Counted from the first letter of the stretch, positions 47,577 through 56,648 are shown. The stretch is DNA of 64,000 bases from Candidatus Poribacteria bacterium (GCA_022821965.1 JAJECN010000037.1:145656-209655), one strand, 5' to 3'. A program made the numbers and translations. Notes: generated by a model from the sequence alone, not told the origin.

Positions 47577-48319
47577 TGGCGTGCTTGCAAGCGTGCGAGC
47601 TGTTCTCGGAGTTCTGCGGCTTCGGCTTCTGCCTGTTCGGCGCGTGTCTCTGCGACTTCGGCGCGTGTCTCTGCTGTCTGTCGCGCGACGGCTTCCTGTT
47701 CGGCGCGCGCCTCTGCCGTCTCCGCAGGCGTGTGAAGCCATTCTCTCACAACAGGATCATAAATTCCTAAACCTTCATCTCGAACGTGAAAATCTAAACC
47801 CAACGCAGGCGAATGCAAACCACCAGCTACACCTACAGGTACCTCTACATACGCACCCTCAACTAACTGAAAACCCATCAAGGGCGACGGCAGATACAAA
47901 CCTTCCGCATCATACAAGAAATAGTCCTGAATCCCAAGCTCAGCATAGAGATCATACTTGCCACTTAAGTCGTTTTGATATGTGCTTTCGCTCGAAAATT
48001 CCATCACGAAATCGGGTGTTTTGCCTTCCTCCCAGACCTTATACGTCCGACGAAGTCCCTGTCCTACCCCGAAAACAACGAGGACATCGGGTGAGACAAC
48101 CCGACGCGGGACACCCTTCTCGTAATACATCAGAATATCACCAGAGATATAGACTTCCGGCTGTGGGGCAAAATGTGTCTCAAGCGTTTGTAAAGTCCAT
48201 ATCAGTTGATCTCTATGAAGGTCACTGGCTGCCATCGGTTCTCCATCGCTGTCAGGGTAAAGGTCGGCTTCTTCTGTGGGGGCATAAGGAATCGGATGCC
48301 CTTTTGGATAAGTTTGCAT
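47573..48319 (-). CDS. Uma2-family (DUF820) endonuclease with a C-terminal coiled-coil tail
   Basis: PDSDGEPMA, PDFVMEFSS and GIQDYFLYD motifs. The tail is repetitive: AETRAEVAETRAEQAEAEAAELREQLARLQ. The stop overlaps the convergent gene stop (TTAG). Confidence 0.85.
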   Translation of the reverse strand: MQTYPKGHPIPYAPTEEADLYPDSDGEPMAASDLHRDQLIWTLQTLETHFAPQPEVYISGDILMYYEKGVPRRVVSPDVLVVFGVGQGLRRTYKVWEEGKTPDFVMEFSSESTYQNDLSGKYDLYAELGIQDYFLYDAEGLYLPSPLMGFQLVEGAYVEVPVGVAGGLHSPALGLDFHVRDEGLGIYDPVVREWLHTPAETAEARAEQEAVARQTAETRAEVAETRAEQAEAEAAELREQLARLQARH

Positions 48320-48471
48320 CGGTATGCTCCTTTGCTACGAGATGCGTGAAAGACAGGTATTAAGCGTTTGAGATGCAGTTTGCCTTATATTTTAAGTATA
48401 CCTGCAAATGGCGATGTTGTCAAACAGTTTCAATTTAACCCATCTCACGAAATTTTTGATACGACCTCGTG

Positions 48472-49803
48472 CTATAAGTTCTTTAAAGCTGGATGTAACT
48501 CTACCGGATAGGGTTCTGCTTCTGTCAAACTTTTATGTGAATCCGGTAATCTTTTGAGTTCCGCGGTTGTCAATGCCTGAATATCATGCAGGCTTGGAAA
48601 ACCGTATACCAATTCTCCGTTTTGGATAATCGGTATGAGGAGGGGCTGCCCTTCAGAAACCGGTTTATCCCAGAGTGTCACAACATCTTTCGTATAATTC
48701 CCGTGAGCATCGGTGATTCGATAGACCTGCTTCTTACCCGGTAGCGTTGCCTTGGCAGGCTCATCAAGTGATCGTTTCCCAACAGGTCTACCATCACTCT
48801 CGACCAACTTATAGACCCCGCCTAAAGCAGAAGTCCCACCTTCACCCGTCAGCGAATTGAAGTTAGCACCCGTAGCGAGCCGAGTGCCGACCCCGAAACT
48901 ATCAAGCGGTGCGCCGTTTTTGAGCAATGTATCTATTTGGAATTCATCAAGATCATGACTCGCAATAATTTGGACATAGTCAAGTCCTTCGGCATCAAAG
49001 ATGCACCGAACCTCTTTGCTGAGTTTTAAGAGGTCACCGCTGTCCAGTCTGACTGCTCGTAATTGTGCCCCGCGCGCTTCCATTTCCTTCGCGACGATGC
49101 ACGCATTTTTAGCACCTTCAAGCGTATTGTACGTATCTATCAGGAGTGTCGTCCTATTCGGGAAGGCTGTCGCGTAATCGCGGAACGCTTCCAACTCGGT
49201 AGGACGTTCGGAGATGAACTTATGCGCCATTGTGCCGACATAGGGAATATCGAAATAGTGTCCTGCAAGCACCAATGATGTTCCACTCGCGCCCCCGATG
49301 AAGGACGCGCGGGCGGCAAGAATACCTGCATCCCTGCCGTGTGCTCGCCTCGCGCCAAAGTCAAACACCGGTCTACCTCGTGCAGCTTCTACAAGCCGTG
49401 AGGCTTTCGTGGCAATTAGCGTCTGGAAATTCATTACACAGAGCAGATAGGTTTCAAAGAGTTGGACATCTCTGGAACGACCTGTGACGTTGATAATCGG
49501 TTCATTGGGAAAAACAGGCGTGCCTTCAGGGACAGCAAACACGGAGCCGTCGAAGCGGAAGTCTTTAAGGGACGCAAGGTAGTCAGCATGGAGGTCTCCT
49601 CGTTGCGCTAACCAGTCAAGAGCGGTATCGGTGAAGCGTAGATTTAAGATGTAGTGGATAACCTGTTCTAATCCGGATACTATGAGGTACTGCCCTTGTG
49701 GAATTTCGCGGACATAATAGTTCGCTGTGATAATCGCATCGTTCTGGGCATCGAAATCGGCTTGCCCCATCGTGAGTTGATAGTAATCAACGAAGAGTGC
49801 CAT
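48472..49803 (-). CDS. pncB: Nicotinate phosphoribosyltransferase
   Basis: YYQLTMGQ, RRAHGRDAG and GTMAHKF motifs. Start set at ATG 49803 (GAGGA about 5 nt upstream). The longer ORF to 49923 is translated repeat element (WKERGKDGRMD...). Confidence 0.88.
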   Translation of the reverse strand: MALFVDYYQLTMGQADFDAQNDAIITANYYVREIPQGQYLIVSGLEQVIHYILNLRFTDTALDWLAQRGDLHADYLASLKDFRFDGSVFAVPEGTPVFPNEPIINVTGRSRDVQLFETYLLCVMNFQTLIATKASRLVEAARGRPVFDFGARRAHGRDAGILAARASFIGGASGTSLVLAGHYFDIPYVGTMAHKFISERPTELEAFRDYATAFPNRTTLLIDTYNTLEGAKNACIVAKEMEARGAQLRAVRLDSGDLLKLSKEVRCIFDAEGLDYVQIIASHDLDEFQIDTLLKNGAPLDSFGVGTRLATGANFNSLTGEGGTSALGGVYKLVESDGRPVGKRSLDEPAKATLPGKKQVYRITDAHGNYTKDVVTLWDKPVSEGQPLLIPIIQNGELVYGFPSLHDIQALTTAELKRLPDSHKSLTEAEPYPVELHPALKNL

Positions 49804-49834
49804 CTCATCCTCTGTGAGCAAGGCGGATCTCGGC

Positions 49835-49911
49835 GGAGAAGAGTGGAAGAATGGAAGAGTAGAAGAGTGGGGGGCATCCATCCTTCCGTCCTTCCCTCTT
49901 TCCTTCCATTC
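49835..49911. repeat. Octad-arm purine/pyrimidine palindromic element, copy 1
   Basis: Left arm GGAGAAGA GTGGAAGA ATGGAAGA GTAGAAGA GTGGGGGG. Right arm CCTTCCGT CCTTCCCT CTTTCCTT CCATTC. Confidence 0.75.
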
Positions 49912-49919
49912 GATGGATT

Positions 49920-52325
49920 TCATAGGTTCTCTCCCTCAGTGAGAATGAGTCTCTGGTTGACAGATAGGTTCCGATGCGTATCCACTTGACCTGAGGGCCA
50001 GACGATTTCGAGGGTGTCAACTTTTGTGTGTGTTCCGAGTCCGATCTCAAGTGGCAGACTGTTGGTTGACCCGAAACCACATCCGCCGCTGACTTCTCTG
50101 TAAATTATATCATCCCGAATGCGTAAAGTCACTTTAGCACCGATACCATCCCGATTACTTTTGACCCCGACCAGTTTCAAATTAACCCAGTTGTTCCGTG
50201 TCCCCGTATTTTGATAGAAAAGATTGTGCCACTGGTCGCCGATAAATGCTCCACCGACGGGCACGTAGATATCGACATCCCCGTCCGTATCAATATCACC
50301 GAAGGTTACGCCGTGTCCCTTCCCAACGTTGCCCAAACCCAGAGCGACAGTCGCATCGGTAAAAGTGCCATCGCCGTTGTTGCGGAAGAGTGCGTCGCGT
50401 TCGAGTCGTCCCATCTGTGGTGCCCCGGTAGCGAGATAGATATCGAGATAACCGTCGCTATTGATGTCGCCGAAGTTTGCTCCCATCGCTCCAAAGGCGT
50501 GGTAGAGTCCTGACTCACGGGTGACATCCGTAAAGGTGCCGTCGCCGTTATTACGATAAAGCACCTGCCGATCACTGTCGTGTGGTGCACTCCCTGTGAT
50601 TTGACCTGCGATGAAGGCTTGAAAAGAGCCTGAGTTTGAAATGAAGATGTCCAGATCGGCATCGTTATCCACATCGAGAAAGAAGGTGACAAACGCATCC
50701 GTAACGGGAAGATTCATACCGGTCGTTGGAGTGACATCAGTGAACGTGCCATCACCGTTATTACGATAAAGGACGTTGGACTGTCCGAAATTGACGACAT
50801 GCAGATCAATATACCCGTCTTTATCGTAATCCCCCCAAGCCGTTCCGAGAGAGTTTCCAGTATCTGCGACACCGGCTGCTTCTGCGGTATTCGTGAAAGT
50901 GCCATTGCCGTTGTTACGGTATAAGACGTTCGCAGCACCATCGCCAATAACACCGTCCGCAACGTAGAGGTCAAGGTAGCCGTCATTGTCATAATCTGCC
51001 CAAGCAGCACAGAAACTGCACTGCGGGTCCGCAACACCTGCAGTGTTCGTGACATCGGTGAATGTGCCATTACCGTTGTTATGATAGAGCGTATTTTCCG
51101 CTGCCCCCGACCAACCCCCACGCGTGATGTAGAGGTCGAGGTAGCCATCGTTATCGTAATCAGCGAAGAGTGAACCCCAGCCACCTCTTGGATCGGCAAT
51201 GCCTGCTTCATCCGCGGTGTTGGTGAACGTCCCATCGCCGTTATTGCGGTAAAGTGCGTGGGGTTGGTACGTCCCGACAGCAACGATATCCAAATCACCA
51301 TCATTATCGTAATCGCCCCAAGCACTCCCGCGTCCACCATCGACCTTGTTCATTTCTAAGTCAGGTGCAGTATCTGTGAAATAGTTTTCAGTTTTCAGTT
51401 GTCGGTTATCAGTTAAGAGGTTTTCTGGTGAAGTTATATCCTCTTGATGATTGCTGACTGCTGACTGCTGACTGCTGATTGCTGACTGCTGACTGCTGAC
51501 CGCCATTTGGATTTTGAATTCCTCCGGTAAGTCTGCTGGATAGCCACCGATTTGACTATATGCTGTCCATAAGTTCCATAAGGTTTCGGGATCACGAGGT
51601 TTGAGCTGGAGTGACGCTTTGAAATTCTCAACGGCTTTTTCAGGAGCACCGTGTCGGAGATGATAGACCCCGAGATAATAATACGCACCAGAATGACGGC
51701 GGTAATTTTGGATGATATTTTCAAATCGCTCAGCGGCTTTATCGGCTTCACCGAGGCGGAATTCAGCTAAGCCGAGTTGGAGCATCGCTTCAAGATTATT
51801 CGGTTCAAGTTCCAGCACCTTTTCAAACTGCCGTTTGGATGCTGAGAGATCGGGGACGAGCATCTGTTGCGGCGCACCTAAAAAATAGCCGAGTCTGATA
51901 CGTGCGTCGGTATCATCAGGGTTTACCTCTAACGCACTGGTGAGGGCGGCGGTGGAATCAGAAAAGCGTTGTTGATAACTGAAAACCTGCGCTAATGTTA
52001 GATACGCTCTCGAAAGTTTATCCTTCGCTTCCGGTACCTGTTTAAGCAGGTTTATCAGCGTTTGTAACGTTTCTTCGGCGCGCGAAAACTTCTGCTGTCG
52101 GATATAAGTACGTGCGAGCTGCATGCGTGCCTCGTGGGCATTCGTATCAATTCGTAGGCACGCCTGAAACGCTTCTTCCGCTTCGACGAAGCTGTTTCTG
52201 TCTAAAGCGTCCATGCCCCTCTGATAGTGCGCGGTGACTTGCGGGTTTCCGTCATCTTGGGGTGAATCTGTATTACAGCCGATGCTAATGAGGAAGATAA
52301 GGCAAATAGAAAAAGTTGTTCGCAT
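49920..52325 (-). CDS. Lipoprotein: N-terminal TPR domain, repeat-encoded Q/S linker, FG-GAP/ASPIC (CRTAC1-like) module; paralogue 2
   Basis: A single 801-aa ORF. Signal plus Cys (LISIGC), ~270 aa of TPR, then AVSSQQSAISSQQSAVSNHQ...DNRQLKTEN encoded by the heptad element. The FG-GAP module then starts at ...YFTD, the same point as the mature N-terminus of the two paralogues. Confidence 0.7.
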   Translation of the reverse strand: MRTTFSICLIFLISIGCNTDSPQDDGNPQVTAHYQRGMDALDRNSFVEAEEAFQACLRIDTNAHEARMQLARTYIRQQKFSRAEETLQTLINLLKQVPEAKDKLSRAYLTLAQVFSYQQRFSDSTAALTSALEVNPDDTDARIRLGYFLGAPQQMLVPDLSASKRQFEKVLELEPNNLEAMLQLGLAEFRLGEADKAAERFENIIQNYRRHSGAYYYLGVYHLRHGAPEKAVENFKASLQLKPRDPETLWNLWTAYSQIGGYPADLPEEFKIQMAVSSQQSAISSQQSAVSNHQEDITSPENLLTDNRQLKTENYFTDTAPDLEMNKVDGGRGSAWGDYDNDGDLDIVAVGTYQPHALYRNNGDGTFTNTADEAGIADPRGGWGSLFADYDNDGYLDLYITRGGWSGAAENTLYHNNGNGTFTDVTNTAGVADPQCSFCAAWADYDNDGYLDLYVADGVIGDGAANVLYRNNGNGTFTNTAEAAGVADTGNSLGTAWGDYDKDGYIDLHVVNFGQSNVLYRNNGDGTFTDVTPTTGMNLPVTDAFVTFFLDVDNDADLDIFISNSGSFQAFIAGQITGSAPHDSDRQVLYRNNGDGTFTDVTRESGLYHAFGAMGANFGDINSDGYLDIYLATGAPQMGRLERDALFRNNGDGTFTDATVALGLGNVGKGHGVTFGDIDTDGDVDIYVPVGGAFIGDQWHNLFYQNTGTRNNWVNLKLVGVKSNRDGIGAKVTLRIRDDIIYREVSGGCGFGSTNSLPLEIGLGTHTKVDTLEIVWPSGQVDTHRNLSVNQRLILTEGENL
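51383..51500. repeat. Composite heptad-arm element, copy 5, lying in-frame inside a CDS
   Basis: AGTTTTCAGTTTTCAGTTGTCGGTTATCAGTT, AAGAGG (51415-51420) ... CCTCTT (51440-51445), then (TGCTGAC/TGCTGAT)x7 up to 51500. Confidence 0.8.
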
Positions 52326-52354
52326 ATCTGTTTTCTTCTCTGAATCAGGATTTC

Positions 52355-52376
52355 GGGGTTAGAAACCCCTCTTACA
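52355..52376 (-). repeat. REP-like hairpin
   Basis: The minus strand reads TGTAAGAGGGGTT-tct-AACCCC. Confidence 0.5.
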
Positions 52377-52452
52377 GGTGTTACAGAGGATAACAGATTT
52401 ACTGGGGAAAGTCAAGATGATGTCAATCAATAGCAGAGGCGTTCAATTCTTC

Positions 52453-52475
52453 TGTAGGAGGGATTTCCGAATCCC
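52453..52475 (+). repeat. REP-like hairpin (inverted partner of 52355-52376)
   Basis: TGTAGGAGGGATT-tccg-AATCCC. Confidence 0.5.
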
Positions 52476-52557
52476 GACATACCACAGTCGGAGGGATCTC
52501 CGCGGCACTACTTCTCCGATAAACCACGCGGAAAACTGAAAATTGAATGGCTCTGAA

Positions 52558-53598
52558 TCAATAAGGTGGTAGTTCTTTCAAGAGTTCTTCTGCGGCTTGA
52601 ACGTAATCGTTCTGCCCTCCACGTTTGATGACTAACTCCAGGTATCCACCTGGTGCTCCTGCTGTGCCGCTGCGATAATAGTATACCAACCCTAAGTAGA
52701 AACAGTATATCTGGCACTGTTTGGTAAACGTTCCGCGTCGAAGCATCTGATAATTATATTCACTCAATAAGCGAATGAGGAAATCATCGTTCCCGGCATA
52801 GAATCTTTCGTTATTCAAGACGTAAGCGTTTCCATTCCACTCATAAAGGCTCATCCATGGCAGATAAGGAGCACCGGGAACCCTTTCAATCTGTATGCTA
52901 TATGGAATCTTTATTTCGTATCTACCATCGTTATCGAGGTCAACGTACGCAGGGTCAGGTAGAGGTCCGGGAACCGTGTAGGAACTGAAGATTTCCCTGA
53001 AATCACCGTTCTGAAGGGAAATGACAGCAACACTGTATCCGAATTTAACCCAAACGTCTAAAATGCCATCGCCCGTCAAATCCACGAGTTCAAAGACGGA
53101 ATCGCGAGATTTAAAAGCATCTTTTGGAGGTTGGGTGAAGACAAACGGCGGGCTTTGAAGTTCAATGGAAGTCTTCGTTGGAACATCCAACGCATGAGTG
53201 CCGGCATCAAAAAGTTTGAAAACATGTTTCTTTGTCGATGCCCCTACTTGGGAGCCAGTTTCAGTAATCAAGAGAAACGCTTGAACGCAATCACTATCGT
53301 ATGGGTATGAGGACACCTTTTCATCAATAGTGATTAGAACGATCGTCTCTTTTTCGGGTGTGTCGTTGATATTTGCTGTGGCTACCATCCTGGTAAAGTA
53401 ATAGAGTCCTTTCGGGAGCCGGGTCGCTAAAAAGCGATGATACGCGTGCCCCTCAAAATCATTATCATTTGTCCATTCATATCTCTGATACTTGATATCA
53501 GAGATTTTGGATGTTTGCGGCTCAGCACTTACTACCGCACAAGTGAGTATCATTGCAATAGCAAATCCTAAAAGTGTGTTTTGAAGAGGTTGCTTCAT
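52558..53598 (-). CDS. Secreted hypothetical protein with FG-GAP-like Ca-binding motifs, tandem paralogue A
   Basis: Signal peptide, then DLTGDGILDVW, DLDNDGRYEI and a C-terminal helical tail ...AAEELLKELPPY. ATG 53598 has GGAG about 10 nt upstream. Clearly homologous to the next gene. Confidence 0.6.
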   Translation of the reverse strand: MKQPLQNTLLGFAIAMILTCAVVSAEPQTSKISDIKYQRYEWTNDNDFEGHAYHRFLATRLPKGLYYFTRMVATANINDTPEKETIVLITIDEKVSSYPYDSDCVQAFLLITETGSQVGASTKKHVFKLFDAGTHALDVPTKTSIELQSPPFVFTQPPKDAFKSRDSVFELVDLTGDGILDVWVKFGYSVAVISLQNGDFREIFSSYTVPGPLPDPAYVDLDNDGRYEIKIPYSIQIERVPGAPYLPWMSLYEWNGNAYVLNNERFYAGNDDFLIRLLSEYNYQMLRRGTFTKQCQIYCFYLGLVYYYRSGTAGAPGGYLELVIKRGGQNDYVQAAEELLKELPPY

Positions 53599-53647
53599 GT
53601 TTTTTGTCTCCAATTCAACCCATCTGATGACAGATCGTTTTTAATCC

Positions 53648-54787
53648 TCACTGGGGTGGCAGTTCTTTCAACAGAGATTCAGCGGCTTGGATGTAATCAT
53701 CGTTCTCGGCGTGTTCGGCGATCCACTGTAGATACTTTCTTGCCATTGGAACGTCGCCGCGATAGTAGAATACCAATCCTATGTAGAAGCCGTATTCGTC
53801 GAATCTTCCATGTCGAATCAACACATGATTATAAAGGTTCAATAACCCAATGAGGAACTCGTCATTGTCGGCGTAGAATCTTTCATTGTTCAAGACGTAG
53901 GTGTTCCCATCCCACTTGTAGAGGCTCATCCATTCGGGATACGCCGCACCAGGGACACCGCTGATAACTATACGGTCAGGAATCCTGATTTCGTAGATAC
54001 CATCGTTATCGAGGTCAATGTATTCTATGGGGTCATCTCTTCTCGTAGAACTATAGGCACTGCAGACTGCCTTGAATTCGCCGTTTTGGAAAGAAATCAC
54101 AGCCACACCGTAGGCATGTTCAGCCCAGATGTCTAAAATACCATCGCCTGTCAAATCAATGAGTTTAAAGGAGACACGCTGGAAACCCCAAGGTTCAGCA
54201 CTCCGAAATTCTCGGAAAACGAAGGGTGCGCTCTGAACTTCAATGGTTTTCGCTGGAACATCCCACGGATAAGTCCGCGAAGCAAAAAGCTTGAAAAGGT
54301 CTTTTTTCTTGGGCAACCCGTCTGCTGTATTCTCAACAATCAGAAGAAACGCTTGGTTCCATTGCCCCCATTCGACCCATTCCCCCCTTGGCTGAGTAAC
54401 CATCAGAACAATGGTCTCTTTTTTGGGGGTATCATCAATATTTGCAATGGCTTTCATCCTGGTAGTGTAAGAGAGTGTTTCCGGTGGTGGTGTCGCCAAA
54501 AATCGATGATATTTTTCACCTTCAGGATCACTCGGAAAATCATAGTGATCGTAAGAATGATACTCGATATCGGGAATTTTGCGGGTTCGCGTGTCAGCGT
54601 TCACTGGAAAAGCAGTAAGCATCAGCAAAATATAAAGTAAAACCTGAAAATATGTTGACGCTGCTTTAGGAAACAACAACCCCTCCCGCGCTATCGAGGT
54701 TTCTAACTCCACCCTTTCGTTGATGTCCAAGTAATTGTGGGCTTTACTATAAGGTCCAAGAAGTGCGGTTTGAATGTGTTGTTTCAT
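53648..54787 (-). CDS. Secreted/membrane hypothetical protein, tandem paralogue B
   Basis: Shares long blocks with paralogue A: YHRFLAT, DTPxKETIVL, DLTGDGILDIW, DLDNDGIYEI, WMSLYKWDGNTYVLNNERFYA and AAESLLKELPPQ. Confidence 0.6.
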   Translation of the reverse strand: MKQHIQTALLGPYSKAHNYLDINERVELETSIAREGLLFPKAASTYFQVLLYILLMLTAFPVNADTRTRKIPDIEYHSYDHYDFPSDPEGEKYHRFLATPPPETLSYTTRMKAIANIDDTPKKETIVLMVTQPRGEWVEWGQWNQAFLLIVENTADGLPKKKDLFKLFASRTYPWDVPAKTIEVQSAPFVFREFRSAEPWGFQRVSFKLIDLTGDGILDIWAEHAYGVAVISFQNGEFKAVCSAYSSTRRDDPIEYIDLDNDGIYEIRIPDRIVISGVPGAAYPEWMSLYKWDGNTYVLNNERFYADNDEFLIGLLNLYNHVLIRHGRFDEYGFYIGLVFYYRGDVPMARKYLQWIAEHAENDDYIQAAESLLKELPPQ

Positions 54788-54828
54788 GGGTGTTGTCTCC
54801 GCTTCGGTCTATCTGATACCAGGTGCTT

Positions 54829-54896
54829 CGGAAGATAGGAAGGGGAGAAGCGTAGAAGGTGATTTGCCAGTCCCGTTCCTTCCATTCTTCTATTCG
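54829..54896. repeat. Octad-arm purine/pyrimidine palindromic element, copy 2
   Basis: CGGAAGATAGGAAGGGGAGAAGCGTAGAAGGTG ... CCCGTTCCTTCCATTCTTCTATTCG. Confidence 0.7.
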
Positions 54897-55124
54897 ACCA
54901 AAAGCGGGGGGACGAATGGCAGTAGATTTCTTCCAGCCTTCCGATATGCTTGAATAGGTGAGTTGTGTGTCCATCCTCCTATAATTAAACCACACTTTTG
55001 CGGAGAATACAAATAGAAGAGGTTAGCAATCAGCGGTCAATAGGGCGAGGGCATCGGTAGGCAGAGGTCGCGATCGGGAAATCGGTGTTTACGGTATGAT
55101 GGCGTGTGTCTACTACTTTATGAG

Positions 55125-56537
55125 CTACAAACCTGCCAATCTCGCTTTCAGTTCTTCTTGTTGAACAGGTTGTGTCAAATCCATGAGATAGATCCGCATG
55201 TGATCAGAACGGTCGGAACTAAATACAAGTCTTTTCCCATCTCGTGAGAGACTCGGTTCAAAATGGGCACCGACGTAGTTCGTCAGCTGCGTTTTATTTC
55301 TGCCATCGGCACTCATCATCCAGAGCGTATAATGGTTATGCGCGTTTGAGACATAGATAATTCGCTTGCCATCCGAACTGAAAGTCGGATGATAATGGCT
55401 TGCGTTCGTAAACGTTAATTGCTTCGCCGTGCCGCCTGCTGCATTAACGCTGAAAATCTGATAGATATCACCCACCATTGCGGTGAAAGCGATCTGCTTT
55501 CCATTGGGTGCCCACGTTGGATGTCCGTCGTCTACATCGTTATGTGTCAGCTGCTTCTTGTTTGTGCCATCAATATGAATGACGTAGATTTCCAAGGTAT
55601 CATTATTCTGTAGGGGCGAGGTGACCTCGCCGCTACGAGAGAGGTTCTCGGCTTCTTGCGCAGGAGCCTTGGATTCAAAGGCGATCTTTTGTCCGTCAGG
55701 TGAGAAAACAGGCGCGCGCTGAGCCCCCTCTATATCGATTAATGGACGTTGGTTTCTCCCATCAATATCCATGAGATATATTGTGGCAGTGCTTGGGTCA
55801 GAACCACTCGCTTGGACAGGTGGGAGCATCATACCACCGCGGGTGCGTTCTGTAACGAAAGCAATAGACTTGCCATCTGGTGAAAAAGCAGGCATATATT
55901 CATCAAGTTCGTCGGTATGCGTGAGCTGCTGGAGTGAACGCGTCGTGAGATCCATGAGATATAATTCGGCGTTCTGGAGGCGATTGGAGGCGAAGGCGAG
56001 CCATTTCCCATCAGGCGAGATTGCGGGACTATAATCATCCGTGTACTTGGCAGTAAACGTCATCATATTCCCTTTTTCGGTAAAGGTTTGCTCGTAATCG
56101 TCGCTACCTTCGGTGCGGAGACGTTGGACATGGTAGGCATCACCGGTGAGTCCAGCCAATTGAAGGAGGACATCTTTTTTTGGAGAACCGCTTAGCAGAT
56201 TTTGAAACTGAACAAGCGCGAGGGAACGGTCATTATGATGCCAATAAACGCGCCCGAGTGCCAAGGTGATTTCTGCACGTTTCGGTGCCAACTTCGCTGC
56301 ACTTCTGAAGGCATCACTCGCTTGTGTCGCATCCTCTAACCTTTCATACACCAAACCGAGCTGATAGTAAGCCTCGGCATTGGAAGGGTTCTGCTTAATT
56401 GCCGCTTCAAACTGCTGAATAGCAGCAGTCGTGTCGCCTGTTTCAAGAAACGCTTTGCCGCGCTCAAGGGTAGGATCTCCACCGCATGCGAATAGCATTA
56501 GAAATATAGAAATGAATAGGTAAAAACGGGTGTTCAT
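55125..56537 (-). CDS. TPR plus TolB-like (PD40/WD40-like) beta-propeller protein
   Basis: N-terminal TPRs (AEAYYQLGLVYERL). At least six SPDGKxIAF-type blades: SPDGKWLAF, SPDGKSIAF, SPDGQKIAF, APNGKQIAF, SSDGKRIIY and SRDGKRLVF. Confidence 0.8.
   Translation of the reverse strand: MNTRFYLFISIFLMLFACGGDPTLERGKAFLETGDTTAAIQQFEAAIKQNPSNAEAYYQLGLVYERLEDATQASDAFRSAAKLAPKRAEITLALGRVYWHHNDRSLALVQFQNLLSGSPKKDVLLQLAGLTGDAYHVQRLRTEGSDDYEQTFTEKGNMMTFTAKYTDDYSPAISPDGKWLAFASNRLQNAELYLMDLTTRSLQQLTHTDELDEYMPAFSPDGKSIAFVTERTRGGMMLPPVQASGSDPSTATIYLMDIDGRNQRPLIDIEGAQRAPVFSPDGQKIAFESKAPAQEAENLSRSGEVTSPLQNNDTLEIYVIHIDGTNKKQLTHNDVDDGHPTWAPNGKQIAFTAMVGDIYQIFSVNAAGGTAKQLTFTNASHYHPTFSSDGKRIIYVSNAHNHYTLWMMSADGRNKTQLTNYVGAHFEPSLSRDGKRLVFSSDRSDHMRIYLMDLTQPVQQEELKARLAGL
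55609..55636 (+). repeat. REP-like hairpin embedded in-frame in the TolB-like CDS
   Basis: TGTAGGGGCGAGG-tga-CCTCGCCGCTAC on the plus strand. It is translated on the minus strand as ...SRSGEVTSPLQ... between two propeller blades. Confidence 0.6.
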
Positions 56538-56540
56538 TTT

Positions 56541-56643
56541 TATTAGTTATCAGTTAATAGTTGTCAGTTATCAGTAGAAATGGACATCAGCAGTTAGCAA
56601 TCAGCCGAAAGCCATCTGACTGACCACTGAAAACTGAAGACTG
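56541..56643. repeat. Composite heptad-arm element, copy 6
   Basis: TATTAGTTATCAGTTAATAGTTGTCAGTTATCAGT ... CTGACTGACCACTGAAAACTGAAGACTG. It fills the whole spacer between two minus-strand genes. Confidence 0.75.
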
Positions 56644-56648
56644 TTAAC

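Noticed and set aside
50714-51340. Long antisense or alternative-frame ORFs inside large genes. Examples: 50714..51340, 56970..57716, 47581..48363, 38967..39695, 61213..61821, 27335..27889.
   Set aside because: Each is fully embedded in a longer ORF with a clear family assignment and has a low-complexity or atypical composition. These are typical shadow ORFs.
51446-51500. Tandem short repeats considered as a possible CRISPR array. The same question applies to 8979-9010 and 58348-58395.
   Set aside because: The units are only 7-8 nt, directly abutting with no spacers, and there are no cas genes. This is incompatible with CRISPR.
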